Below are positions 1-12,007 of a DNA stretch of 44,195 bases, one piece after another. Both the position numbers and the translations under genes were made by a program. Every line of letters begins with the position of its first letter. Position 1 is the first letter of the stretch. Origin of the DNA: Malacoraja senta (Eukaryota); assembly GCA_038087875.1 (NCBI GenBank), contig JAXLNO010000341.1, positions 186,001 through 230,195 on the forward strand, given 5' to 3'. The notes beneath the pieces were generated by a model that was not told where the DNA came from, did no database searches, and was given only the letters and a program-made list of their open reading frames with translations.

Positions 1-1251
1 AACCCTGACAAGCGTCATCGTCTAGGGAGTCAGGTTGACTATATGCTGCAGCATGGCATTGCTGAATCTAGTTGTAGTCCGTGGAGTTCTCCGTGTCTAC
101 TGGCTACGAAGGCAAATGGGGAGGACAGGTTTTGCACGGACTTTCGGAAAGTAAACGGTGTAACTAAGCCGGATTGCTATCCTCTCCCACGAATGGAGGA
201 ATGCGTGGATCGTGTGGGAAGTGCATCGTTTGTGTCCAAATTGGACTTGTTGAAAGGGTATTGGCAAGTTCCCTTGACTGGGCGGGCGAGGGAGATCTCT
301 GCGTTCGTTACGCCTGATAACTTTCTGCAGTATACAGTGATGGCGTTTCGGATGCGCAATGCGCTGGCAACCTTCCAACGGTTGGTGAACATTGTATTGT
401 CTGGTTTGTCCTTCTGTGAGGCATACCTTGATGATTTGGTTGTGTGCTCCAGGTCGTGGATCGAACACATCGGTCATCTGACGGAGGTATTACATCGTCT
501 AGCGGAGGCAAAGCTAACTATCAATCTGGGGAAGTGTGAGTTTGGCCAGGCCACGGTAACGTATCTGGGTAAGGTGGTGGGCCGGGGTCAGGTTCGCACT
601 CTCAAGGAAAAGGTGGAGCATATTGTCGCATTTCCTGCTCCAACCTCGAGGACTGAACTCCGTAGGTATCTAGCTATGGTTGGGTACTATAGGGGATTCT
701 GTCCAAACTTCTCTGCGGTGGCTGCCCCTTTGACGGATTTGCTGAGTCCGAAGGTAGCTTTTGTGTGGACCGCAGAATGTCAACAAGCCTTTGAACATAC
801 TAAAAGTCTTCTGGTGCATGCACCTGTGCTTGCGGCACCTGATTTTGAGCTTCCATTTAAGCTGGCAGTGGATGCTAGTGATCGTGGGGTTGGGGGAGTT
901 CTTCTCCAGGATGATTCAGATGGGGTGGAGCATCCGGTTTCGTACTTCTCTAAAAAGTTTAATCAACATCAGAAGTGGTACTCCACCATTGAGAAAGAGG
1001 CCCTTGCTATGTTGATGTCTCATGTTGAAAGTCATTTTGAGGTTTATGTTGGCTCCTCGAATGTCCCTGTCATCGTACTCACGGATCATAATCCGTTGGT
1101 ATTTTTGAATAATATGAAGAATAGGAACCGGCGGTTAATGAGCTGGAGTTTGCAGCTGCAGGACTATAACCTGGAGGTCAGGCATATCCGTGGCAAGGAT
1201 AATGTCTTGGCTGACGCCTTGTCGCGCCAGTGGAGTTTAGCTCCTGAATAG
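1..1251 (+). mobile_element. Gypsy-superfamily (Gmr1-like) pol: reverse transcriptase + RNase H, open from the window edge to TAG
   Basis: RT motifs SPWSSP, RFCTDFRKVN, KLDLLKGYWQV, YLDD; RNase H motifs AVDAS, EKEALA, TDHNPL, ADALSR; stop directly after RNase H. Confidence 0.95.
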
Positions 1252-1317
1252 TTTCGGGGATTTGGTGGTGTTTTTTCTCTCTTCTTCCAAAACTTATTCA
1301 GTATCTTTGGGTGGGGG

Positions 1318-1855
1318 TGTTATGCGCTCCCCCTCCTGGTCAATGTTATGTATTAACCTTCTCTGTTTCTTTCCCGAGTGCAGGCTAAAAGGCTCCTGTA
1401 CCCGATTGGCCAAGCTGCGTCAGGTGACGGGTGACTCATCTGGAGTATAAATAGCAGATTTCCCAGAATCCTTTCTCTTTCGACGACGACCCTGCCTCAT
1501 GAGCTTGTACTGGTGTGAGCTGTGAAAGGCCTGGCCACATGGCATAGAACTTTGTGTAATTTCAACATTACGTAGTACCAAATATTGAATTGGGCTGTCC
1601 TTAGACGTTATCGGTATTTTGTTTCAGGGATAGCTTTCTTTTAGGCAGGTTTAGAGCCTCAGATTCGACGGTCCACCGCGTGGCTGGCCTGAGCACTTTT
1701 AAGTTGTTTGTTAATCTATTCATCCTTGTCTGGGTTGTTTGAATCGGGTTTGGGTTTTGGTGTGTTATTAAATAATTAAACTATTTTTGAACGTAAACCT
1801 GTTTTTTGACTTATGTTACGCGACTCTGAAGTACCTGCTTTCGGGAGTCGTAACA
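1318..1855 (+). mobile_element. 3' LTR of the Gmr1-like element (about 538 bp), preceded by a G-rich PPT
   Basis: tttgggtggggg then TGTTATG...CGTAACA inverted termini; TATAAATA at 1447-1454. Confidence 0.85.
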
Positions 1856-1952
1856 AACACTAAAAAAATACATTTAACACATACAATTGAAACATAAAGG
1901 ATGAAAGGGCAGACTGACTGTTGGCGAGGCAACCATTGCTGGCGCCACCCCA

Positions 1953-3251
1953 GCATGCCTTAATGATGGCACACATTAACACCAGCCTTCCAGCCAGCCT
2001 TGATCCACTGCAGTTTGCTTACTGTCGCAACAGGTCCACAGCAGATGCCATCTCCCAGGCCCTACACTCATTTCTGGAACACCCAGACAACTTCTACATT
2101 AAACTCCTATTTATCAACTATAGCATCGCCTTCACCACCACAATCCCATCCAAGCTCATCTCCAAACTCCTGGACCTAGGAATCTGCTCCCTCCTCTGCC
2201 ACTGCCTTTCTGACCGTAGGATAGATGACGACATCTCCTCCACAATAATTCTCAATAGTGGTGGCCCACAAGGATGCATTCTCAGTCCCCGACTATACCC
2301 CCTGTATATTCACAGCTGTGGCCAGATTCAGCTCTAACTCCATATACAAGTTTGCAGATGGCACAGCAGTGGTGGTCCGAATGGTGAACAATGATGAGAC
2401 AGAGTACAGGAAGGAGACAGAGAGCTTAACAACATGGCATCAGGACAATAACCTCTCCTTCAATGTCAGCAAGGTGAAGGTGCGCGTTATCGACTTCAGG
2501 AAGCATGGTGGAGTATTTGCCCCAATCAGCATCAATGGAGTGGAAGTGGAAATAGTTCCTTGGCGTTAATATTACCAATGATCTGTCGTTGGACCAACCA
2601 CATTTATGCAACAGTCAAGAAGGCACACCAACCTTTAGGAGACTAATGAAGTTCAACATATCTCCAGTGACTCTTACCAACTCCTAAAGATGCACCAATA
2701 GAAAGCATACTGTCAGGTTGCATCACATCTTGGTTTGGGAACAGCTCTGCTCAAGACCGCAAACATTTGCAGAGTTTTAGATGTTGCCCAGTTCATCACA
2801 GTCAGACTTCCCACCATTGACTCCATCTACACTTCATGCTACCTCGGAAAGCAGCCAACATAATCAAAGACTTGTTCCACTCTGATCATTCCTTCTTCTC
2901 ACTACTCCCATCTGGTAGAAGATACGGAAGCTTGAAAGTGCGTACCACCATACTCAGGAACAGCTTCTCCCCCTCTGTTATTTGGCTTCTGAATGGTCCT
3001 GTCATAAGTTAGGGTACTGTCAGATTTGTCTCAACCCCATTGTGGACATTGGACCTTGTCTATGAAATTGATATGCGACAATGTGCTACAATGCTGAGAA
3101 CTATATTCTGCACTCTCTATCTTCCATCTAATGTATTTGAGTTTGACTCGATTGGTTTTATATATGGTATATCTGATATGTTTGGATAGGATGCAAAACA
3201 AAACTTTTCACTGTACCTCAGTGCACATGAGATAATAAATCTAAACCTAAA
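1953..3251 (+). mobile_element. Decayed Rex1/Babar-type LINE, RT region to 3' tail
   Basis: LDPLQFAY.RNRST.DAI, GPQGCILSP, IYKFADGT motifs across frameshifts; tail ending aataaatctaaacctaaa. Confidence 0.85.
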
Positions 3252-3466
3252 TGGATCTAATTTCCAGTGTAAGTAAGCATGACCATCGAGTTTCTTGCAG
3301 AGGGGAGAGACGTACCAAAGAAAGCAAACTTCCAATCTGGCTTGCTGTTTCATACGCCTAGTTGGTGAGGATATAAAAATAATTGGGAACTTTTTTCACC
3401 AGCAACTAATACTACTGGTTTTGAATATCAAAATACAAAATAACAGTGGAAATTAGTAAACCATCA

Positions 3467-3676
3467 TGTGCAGGAAAGAACTGCAGATGCTGATTTAAAT
3501 CGAAGATAGACACAAAATTCTGGAGTAACTCAGCGGGACAGGCAGCAACTCTGGAGAGAAGGAGAGAAGGAATGGGTGACGTTTTGGGTCGAGACCCTTC
3601 CGAAACGTCACCCATTCCTTCTTTCCAAAGATGCTGCCTGTCCCACTGAGTTACTACAGCATTTTGTGTCTATCTA
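3467..3676. mobile_element. Palindromic Penelope-derived short element
   Basis: two inverted pLTR halves; 13-bp direct repeat tagtaaaccatca at 3454-3466 and 3677-3689. Confidence 0.85.
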
Positions 3677-4384
3677 TAGTAAACCATCAGTTTGACATAA
3701 TCATGAGCTGAAACAAATTGCAAGGAAGCTTGAAACCAAATGATTGTTGGGGACGGGTACCAAGGGTCTCCAGGCATTTGAGGGGAACTTTGGAAATAAT
3801 CCTTAATGCAGAAATCCTACTAAGCTGCTGGGAGCACACGTGCAATGCATGTATTATCTATGCTCGGATGCACCTAATGCATCATTGAATTCCAGATTAA
3901 ACCTTAATTTGTCTGTTGAGAGTGAGGGTAAATACAAGGTGACATGTGCTTCACATTCTATATATAGAAGAAAGTATTTAGGAATATTAACAAACATATT
4001 AATTCAGATCTCTGATACTCATAGGAATGTTTTTTTTCCTCTTAATCAAAGATAAATAAAGCAAATGGCAAGTCAGAGCGGAAAAAAAGTGTTGCACAGA
4101 TTGGAGTGCAGGACACCTGGGAACAAAATGCACAATCAGCAACCTTTAACATTTGTACGCAATTTTACATTTTCACTGATAGTTTATTGTTGTTTTATTT
4201 CAGCCTAGATTTATACCAGCATAAATTCTATGACTTGTATTATATGCAATAATTTCATATATGTTGCATCATATTTGTTAATTGCTCGCGACCTAATGTC
4301 TTGAGGACAATGACTATCAGAAAAATAAAATCCAACGTATAACCAAGCTGCATTAGGCTATTCTTCCATTGTTTGCAACATGCA

Positions 4385-5113
4385 GTGTTGTTATGCACAC
4401 ACACCGTCTCCAGGTACCTTCCCCTGCAACCGCAGGAGATGCAACACCTGTCCCAATACCCCCTCCCGCGACTCTGTCCAGGGACCCTGACAGTCCTTTC
4501 AGGTTAGGCAGAGGTTCAGTTGCACCCCCTCCTACCTCATCTACTGTATCCATTGTTCAGAATGTGGACTTATACATCAGCGAGACCAAACGTAGACTGG
4601 GCAATCGTTTTGCTGAACACTTTCGCTCATTCCACCTGGACCTACCTGATTTCCGGTTGCTAAACACTTTAATTCTCCTTCCCATTCCCACACAGACCTT
4701 CGTGTCCTAGGCCTCCTCCATTGTCAGAGTGAGGCTAAATGCAAATTGGAGGAACAGCATCTCATATTTTGTTTGGGCAGTTTACAGCCCAGTGATATGA
4801 ATATTGATTTCTCTAACTTCAAGTAACCCCGGCATTCCCTCTCTCTCCATCCCTCCCCCACCCAAGTCGCACCAGCTTCTTGCTTTCACACAACAAACAG
4901 CTTAACAGCGGCCTGTTTCCTTTATCATCGTTACTTTTTTGCACACCTTTCATTCATTGTTCTTTATCTCTCCAAATCATCGTCTATATCTCTCGTTTCC
5001 ATTTCCTGTGACTTTCAGTCTGAAGAAGGGTCTCGACCCGAAATGTCACCCATTCCTTCTCTCCAGAGATGCTGCCTGTCCCGCTGAGTTACTCCAGCTT
5101 TTTGTGTCCATCT
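4385..5113 (+). mobile_element. Penelope-like element 3' fragment: GIY-YIG endonuclease relic plus pseudo-LTR with hammerhead motif
   Basis: PGTFPCNRRRCNTCP and LYISETKRRLGNRFAEH motifs; ctgaagaagggtctcgacccgaaatgtc at 5020-5047. Confidence 0.9.
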
Positions 5114-5491
5114 TTACCATATATTTGGAACAGTCAAAAGGAAAATTTAGGAAAAAGGAAAATAATCAAACTCTTATGTTGAAATGTTATAATGAGGAAA
5201 TACTATAGCACCATTTTGCTATTGCTTGGTTGGAAAATTAAATAAATCATTCAAGCTGCTTTAAAAAAAGGCTTAGAAATTCCATGGAGATACTGCTAAT
5301 CTCCAATTTTTCTTCTTAGAACAGTGGCTTCTCCTTGGTGGAACTTGTAATTGCTTGTCCTTGTCCAACTTACATGATTGTCCTTCATCTTGATCTCAAA
5401 CTGTTGGTGCTTACAAGTCTTGTATTGCCTTGGGATGATGCAAGGTCTGTTAAGCTTTAACAAAACAATATCCATGTTTGTATTTGGAGAT

Positions 5492-5657
5492 ATTTGCTTT
5501 TTGTATTAATGTTTAATGTTTTATGTGTCATTCCTAACTGTCACTGTATGTCATGTTGTCACCTGCGGGCAGAGCACCAAGGCAAATTCCATGTATGTGA
5601 ATACTTGGCCAATAAACTTATTCATTCATTCATTCATTCATTCATTCATTCATTCAT
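5492..5657 (+). mobile_element. Rex1-type LINE 3' tail with (TTCA)n
   Basis: same tail as the element at 29405-30002 and the copy at 25225-25360; aataaa followed by microsatellite. Confidence 0.8.
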
Positions 5658-6120
5658 TGTTGGGAGGTTCTGCTGGTCTCTGCCTAAGCTTTGGCAATAA
5701 GGATCTCAAGGACACTTCCTCTCTTTCTCAGTAACTGAACCTCATGCACAAATTTGGACTCTAATACAGGCACTTTTAAACGAAACTTCCAGTCACCCCT
5801 CTTAACATCTTCTCTGGTCTGCGGTCAGTCTTTCTCTGACTCGATGAAAAAGCTATTTGTGTGGAAAAAATGATTTATGTAAAGGCTTTTAGATCTGTGT
5901 TTGTTTAATTTTTGGATGTTGATAATAAAATAAACCTCCATCAGGCAGGCCCGCAATGCCATAATAACTTTACATTTAACCAACTCTAGCCTCTACAGCC
6001 CTCCTCACTCTTTGCAGATCCAATAGTTGTGTACACTTAAATAAACATTACTTGCTTGAATAAATTAATTGATTGAAAGATGTGGCATGGAAACAGGTCC
6101 ATCGGTCCAACGAGTCCCCG

Positions 6121-6730
6121 TAATTAATTTTTATTTATTAGAAGTACATTACATTACAACCAATTACATTAGTACTCATCACATATATCTTATTACAATT
6201 AATGTACTCCGTTTATTCTTTACACTAATAAAGGGGAGGGATGAGATTGAGAGAAAGAAGAAAGTGAAGGAAAAAAGTGAAAGTGTAAAAAACGTGATAA
6301 CAAAACACAAAAACAAAAACAAAGACCCTATAAGAAAGAAATTAAAAACAAAAAGAAAGAGTTAAGAAATAGACCCTAAAAAAGAAGAAAAAAGAGAAAG
6401 AGGGAAAAGAGAAAAACAAATACTTTTTTGTAAGCGTCACGCATACCAACTCTCCAGCTTTCATCCCCCTTACCTGACCTCAGTTTTTTTTAAAATTTTT
6501 TAATACTTTTGCACCCTATACTTGTAATAATTCTATAAATGCAGACCACGTCAGGTGGAAGTGATCTGGTTTACCTGCCAGGAGGAGTCTTATCTCTTCT
6601 AGGTGTAATGTTTCGAACATATTTGAAATCCATATGTTTGTAGTTGGTATTGGGGCGTTTTTCCAGAATTTTAGGATTAACTTTTTTCCAGTTATTAACC
6701 CATAGTCTATTAATTTCTTTTGGAACACTA
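6121..6730 (-). mobile_element. L1/Tx1-clade LINE 3' end (ORF2 C-terminus, T-rich UTR, A-rich tail)
   Basis: KKLILKFWKNAPIPT..W...LHLEEIR...F..TW pattern of L1-clade ORF2 ends; aataaaaatt tail. Confidence 0.7.
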
Positions 6731-7011
6731 AGGTGACAATTTATAAATCTATTTTACATTGCTATCTGTTGGCCATAATATGGTACTGCAGAACCACAGG
6801 GTCTGCACATTGATGGCAAAATCTGACTGAACGTATTGGAAGGGAAGCATCATTAGCTAGGGTCATGATTAATATGGAAAAACCCATTGACCGTCCTGGC
6901 ATCGGACTCGCGAATGGTTAAATAGGGGACTAAAAAAGATTGTGCTTGAAAGCAGACATGGAGATCTCAATGTGCCTACTTTGATTAAAATCACTTTGAT
7001 GATAAGCATTG

Positions 7012-7157
7012 ATAGACACTAAATGTTGGAGTAACACAGCGGGGACAGGCAGCATCTCTGGATAGAAGGAATGGGTGACGTTTCGGTTCCCGTTGAGTTA
7101 CTCCAGCACTTTGTGCCTATCTTCGGTTTAAACCAGCATCTGCAGTTCCTTCCTACG
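7012..7157. mobile_element. Penelope-derived palindromic element, internally deleted
   Basis: family motifs in both orientations; gcattgat repeated at both ends. Confidence 0.75.
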
Positions 7158-7407
7158 GCATTGATTATAACCGTGTTGAATAGTGTTGAAATGTTCCCTC
7201 AGTAACGTGGACTTTGAACTGAACTGATACTAGCGGCAAGCTGGGTTGAGAATATCCCAGCTCTTGAAGGAACACTTGATAGCTCAGAAATAAAAGGCAA
7301 ACTGTGCCAAGGTGACCAGGTCATGCCGCTGAGCATCGAATGTTGACTGTTGTGATTATATAGTGTGAAATCCTTTGCAAGACCCAGAACATATGGGATT
7401 TGGGTGT

Positions 7408-7540
7408 TGTGGGAAGGAACTGTAGATGCTGGTTTAAACCAAAGATAGACACAAAATGCTGGGGTAACTCAGCGGGACTGCCAGCATCTCTGGATAGATG
7501 GATTGGGTGACGTTTCGGGTCGAGACCCTTCTCCAGACTG
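7408..7540 (-). mobile_element. Penelope pLTR half-copy
   Basis: ggaaggaactgtagatgctg...gacgtttcgggtcgagacccttctccagact. Confidence 0.8.
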
Positions 7541-7554
7541 GGTTTGGGTGTGGT

Positions 7555-7860
7555 GCCCTTAAGGGTCAGGTCGGGGGGAGTTCCCCCCGCCATGGGTACC
7601 ATGTAATCCCGTGCTACCTCCTCCATGGTCGGATAGTCGGCGACTAAACCGTCTCCCCCGCCTGGTTTGCCAGGTGAGGAGGGGGCTGTGGATCCCCAGC
7701 AAGACCAAAAACAAGACCTGTCAAAGGGCGGATGAGCTTCTAGCGAACCAACGGCCATCCACACTTCAGTAGAAGTTGCGATCACTGTCGTACATAGCAT
7801 AGTCGTACAAAGCACAAAACACACAAAAAATCCTATACTTCCAGCGGCGGAAGTCTGCAG
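7555..7860 (+). repeat. GC-rich hairpin-forming segment, possibly RTE-type 5' UTR derived
   Basis: several local hairpins; motif aaaacaagacctgtcaaagggcgga resembles RTE leaders as recalled, not verified. Confidence 0.35.
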
Positions 7861-8056
7861 GAACTGGAGGGACAGAGATGTGTGGTGCATCCTTAAGGCA
7901 ATGTGGGTCCGAGAAGCATCAAGAAACACCAGTTTTATGAATTTTTCTCTCCGCTACTCTCTGCTAATGGAAAACCAGAATGACATGTCTCTTGTAAAAT
8001 AAAGTACAACCTACAACATGAGAAAATTTAGTAATCTGGGAAAGATCATGAGGAAT

Positions 8057-8358
8057 GGGTGGCACAGTGGCGCAGCAGTAGATGTGCTGCCTTACAGCCT
8101 CAGTGACCTGGGTTCGATCCTGACTACGGCGGCTGTCTGTACGGAGTTTGCATGTTTTCCCTGTGGCCACGTGGGTTTTCTCCGGTCGCTCCAGTTTCCA
8201 AAGGCATACAGGTTTGTAGGTTAACTGGCTTTGGTAAAAATGATAAATTGTCCCTAATGTGTAGAATAATGGTAGTGTCTGGGGGTGATCACTGGTCCCG
8301 GTGGGCAGAAGGGCTTGTTTCCACGCTGTATCTCCAAAGTCTAAAGTCTAAAGTCTAA
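8057..8358 (+). mobile_element. tRNA-derived V-SINE (HE1-like)
   Basis: A box tggcgcagcagtag, B box ggttcgatcc, V-domain gtctgtacggagtttgcatgtt, (ctaaagt)n tail. Confidence 0.9.
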
Positions 8359-8577
8359 AAAATAAAAATTCATAATGACCAAGGCCATTGGAAAGATTGC
8401 AGAGGACAAATCACATGAATACTGATTGTATCAGGACTATTTGAGGGATAGTGAATGTGACTGTTTGTAAGGAAAATAATTTCACTGTGTACATAGCATT
8501 GTAAGGAATGATGACAAAGCACACACACCAAAATCCTATACTTCCAGCGGCAGAAGTCCGCAGCAACAATTGACATA

Positions 8578-9238
8578 TCAATCAATCAATCAATCAATCA
8601 ATTTTATTTGGATAGCGCATTTATAAACAACTCACGTTGACCAAAATGCTGTACATCAGTGCTGGTACTAATGTGCTACATACAATGGTACACAGACCTA
8701 ACAATATACATAAACTGTTTACAGCGCCCCCTCAGAGGGACTCAAAAACGCTAGGGACTAGAAATAGATTTTGAGCCTCGACTTAAAGGAGTCGATGGAG
8801 GGGGCAGTTCTGATGAGGAGAGGGATGCTGTTCCACAGTCTAGGTGCTGCAACCGCAAAAGCGCGGTCACCCCCTGAGCTTAAACCTAGACCGCGGGATA
8901 GTCAGTAGCCCCAAGTCGGCCGACCTGAGGGACCTGGAGGTAGAATGGTGGGTTAGAAGATTTTCGATATTGGCAGGGGCAAGCCCGTTAAGGGCTTTGT
9001 ATACGAATAAGAGGAGCTTGAAGTTGATTCTGTACCGTACTGGGAGCCAGTGGAGAGAGGCCAGGATTGAGGTGATGTGGTCCCTTTTACGGGTACCCAT
9101 CAGAAGTCTCACTGCAGGCGGGACAGGGATGATTGGCTGATGCCAGTGTATAGGGAGTTGCAGTAGTCAAGGCGGGAGGAGATGAATGCGTGGATGATTT
9201 TTTCAAGCTCGTCGAATTGGAGGAATGGTTTGATTTTA
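8578..9238 (-). mobile_element. L2-clade LINE 3' fragment with (ATTG)n tail, cut by the gap
   Basis: HAFISSRLDYCNSL and DHITSILASLHWLPV.YRI.FK motifs; tail stem-loop caac-gtga-gttg. Confidence 0.9.
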
Positions 9239-9438
9239 NNNNNNNNNNNNNNNNNNNNNNNNNNNNNNNNNNNNNNNNNNNNNNNNNNNNNNNNNNNNNN
9301 NNNNNNNNNNNNNNNNNNNNNNNNNNNNNNNNNNNNNNNNNNNNNNNNNNNNNNNNNNNNNNNNNNNNNNNNNNNNNNNNNNNNNNNNNNNNNNNNNNNN
9401 NNNNNNNNNNNNNNNNNNNNNNNNNNNNNNNNNNNNNN
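9239..9438. other. Assembly gap (200 N)
   Basis: run of N. Confidence 1.
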
Positions 9439-11722
9439 CCCCGATCGAAAGCACTATACTTAACCGGGGGCCCGCAGCTGCCTGCTGAAAAATGCCAGTG
9501 GCACACCCAGCGACTACCTACGCGTTGCTCGAGGATGGCGCCTACCGCGACATCGGAAGCATCCACGGTGAGGGCCGTTTGGGCTGACGCCCTAAGGTGT
9601 TCTAGCATAGTGGCGTTGGCCAATGAGTCTTAGCCCCCTCGAACGCCTTCTGCGCCTCCTTGGACCAGACCAGGTCCTTAGGCTTACCGGCCAGGCATTG
9701 GAACAATGGCCGCATGATAGCAGCTGCTGACGGGACGAATCGGTGGTAGAAATTAACCATCCCGTTAAACTCCTGTAGACCCTTGGGACGCGACGGATAG
9801 CGTCGACCTTCTCGGTCAGCGGCTGTGCGCCATGGGAGGTGATGCTGTGACCCAAGAATGAAATGGAACGCAATACGAACTGGCACTTCGCGGGGTTGAT
9901 CACCAACCTGTGTTTGCGCAGCCGTTCGAAAAGCAGGCGGAGGTGCCTGACATGCTCTGCCTGCGAGCTGCTGGCCACCAGAATATCATCGAGGTAAATG
10001 AATATGAACAGCAAACCCCGACCGACCTAATCCAATAGCCTTTGGAATGCCTGAGCAGCGTTCTTCAGGCCAAAAGGCATTCCGAGCCATTCGAAAAGGC
10101 CGAAAGGGGTGATGGTGGCCGTCTTCAGGACGTCGTCGGGATGGACCAGAATTTGATTATACCCGCGAATAAGGTCGACCTTCGAGAAGAAGGTTGCGCC
10201 TTCCAGATGAGCCGAGAAATCCTGGATGTTCAGGACTGGGTACCGATCGGTTGTGGTTACCGCGTTCAAACGCCTGTAATCACCGCAAGGTCTCCAACCC
10301 CCGGACGCTTTGGGCACCATGTGTAGCGGGGAAGCCCAAGGGCTATCCGACCGCCGGACAATCTCCATCTCCTCCATAAGCTGGAACTCGTCTCGTGCGA
10401 TGCGCAGTTTATCGGCGGGATACGGCACGCGCGGGCGTGTACCGGTGGGCCCTCGGTGGGAATGTGGTGGACCACGCCATGACGGGGCGCGGCCCCATCG
10501 AACCGGGGCGTGAGCAACCCTGGGAAGTCGGCGAGCAGGGCTGCAAAAGGGTTGCTGGGTCTCAGCTACCTCGTTGAGTTGCTGTAGGGGCGTGGACGGG
10601 ACGCACGGCTTGACAGGGCACAGGTCCGACACAGGGACCATGCGTTCACCTCGCACATCGACTAGCAGGGAGAACACGCGCAAGAAATCGGCCCCCAGGA
10701 TCGGTTGGGTGACGTCAGCAACGATAAACTTCCACCTGTACTGGCGGGAGTCGAAATTTAAGTCCATGCTCCGCGTACCGTAAGTGCCAATGTCACTCCC
10801 GTTAACAGCCGAGAGGATGGGTCCTACCTTACCGGAGCAAATATCTCGGGCACTCGGAGGCAGGATGCTGGCATGGGCACCGGAGTCCACCAGGAAACAG
10901 TGGCCGGAATGGCGATCGCGGACGTAGAGGCGTTCGTTTGGGCCGATCGCGTTCGCCTCTATGGACGATCGGCCTAGGCATTTCCCGGGTACCGAGCAGG
11001 GGCTCCGACATCTTCGGGCTTCGGGTCCTATCATTGATGGTAGTAACACCAGCGACGTTCGCTGTAGACCACTGGCCGCGGCGATTCTTCTTCGGCGTTG
11101 GGCTGGGTTGCTTCTTCCTCCCGAGATCGGTTCGGTTGCACCCGCTGTGTGACCAGGGGGTGGGTGAAAGCAAACACGTCCCGCCGTCTGTGTGCCCACA
11201 GTTCATCAGCTCTCTCCGTGAGTTGTTGGGGTTGCTGAAATCGGCTCCGGCGAGCATTAGTTGGACTTTGTCAGGCATCTGCTCCAGGAACGCCTTTTCG
11301 AAAATCAGACTTGGGTGGTGCCGTCCATCAGGGCTAACATCTACGCCATGATGGTGAATGGCCGCCGATCGGTGACACAGTCCATGTGCAGCAACTTCGC
11401 TGCCCTGTCTCTGCGGCTAAGACTGTAAGCGTGGAGCAGCAGGGTCTTCAGCCCTTCATATTTGGCGATGGACGGCAGGTCCCTGATGTAGGGCAACAGC
11501 CTCGAGGCACAGTCCTGCGGCAATGCACCCACCACATGGATACACATTGTGTCGTCCGCTACAATGCGATGGAGTGAAACTGTGCCTCAACGTGGGCGAA
11601 CCACACCTGAGGTTGGTCAGGCCAAAATGATGGCAATTTGAAGGCCGGTGAGCCCTGCCGCGTGCTGGCTGATTCTGCGGGAACGCTGTCTTCCTGCATA
11701 ATTCTCTTGTCTAACGACGGCT

Positions 11723-11740
11723 ATCACGTCAGGGTCACCA
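11723..11740 (-). promoter_or_regulatory. tRNA-Trp primer-binding site
   Basis: TGGTGACCCTGACGTGAT, one mismatch to the tRNA-Trp 3' complement. Confidence 0.9.
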
Positions 11741-11741
11741 A

Positions 11742-11969
11742 TTTGGCGGTCTCAAGAATGACAACTGAAGTTTCAAACGGATCTTTATTCAAAAGTTCGG
11801 TTTTCAGTACACAGGTTCTCTCGACACGTCTGGCCACGTCGGTGGTCAGCGCTGAACTAACCGCGCGAAAGCAAAACCGCGCGAAAACAAGCAGCCCCTC
11901 CCGAGTCACGTGACCACAGCTTCCGAACGTTGGGTTCGATACCAGCGTGCGCCAGTAGGCGCCGTTACA
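11742..11969 (-). mobile_element. 5' LTR (about 228 bp)
   Basis: minus strand starts TGTAACGG, contains AATAAA, ends one base before the PBS (terminal CA mutated). Confidence 0.8.
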
Positions 11970-12007
11970 GGTGAATGAAAAGTAGCAGGCTGCAGACCAA
12001 ATTAATC

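Larger units (their letters stand above)
9439..11969 (-). mobile_element. Decayed Gypsy LTR retrotransposon: 5' LTR, PBS, gag, protease, RT, start of RNase H; truncated by the gap
   Basis: gag from ATG 11699 (KLPSFWPDQPQVWFAHVEAQF); protease FLVDSGA...[21 protein letters not shown]; RNase H VDASD; several frameshifts. Confidence 0.95.

Noticed and set aside
7321..7929. 202-aa minus-strand ORF
   Set aside because: Chimeric read-through of unrelated repeats
8057..8130. tRNA-like sequence with A and B boxes
   Set aside because: Head of a V-SINE, continuous with V-domain and tail; not a tRNA gene
9087..9633. ORFs containing X runs
   Set aside because: Artefacts of reading through the N gap
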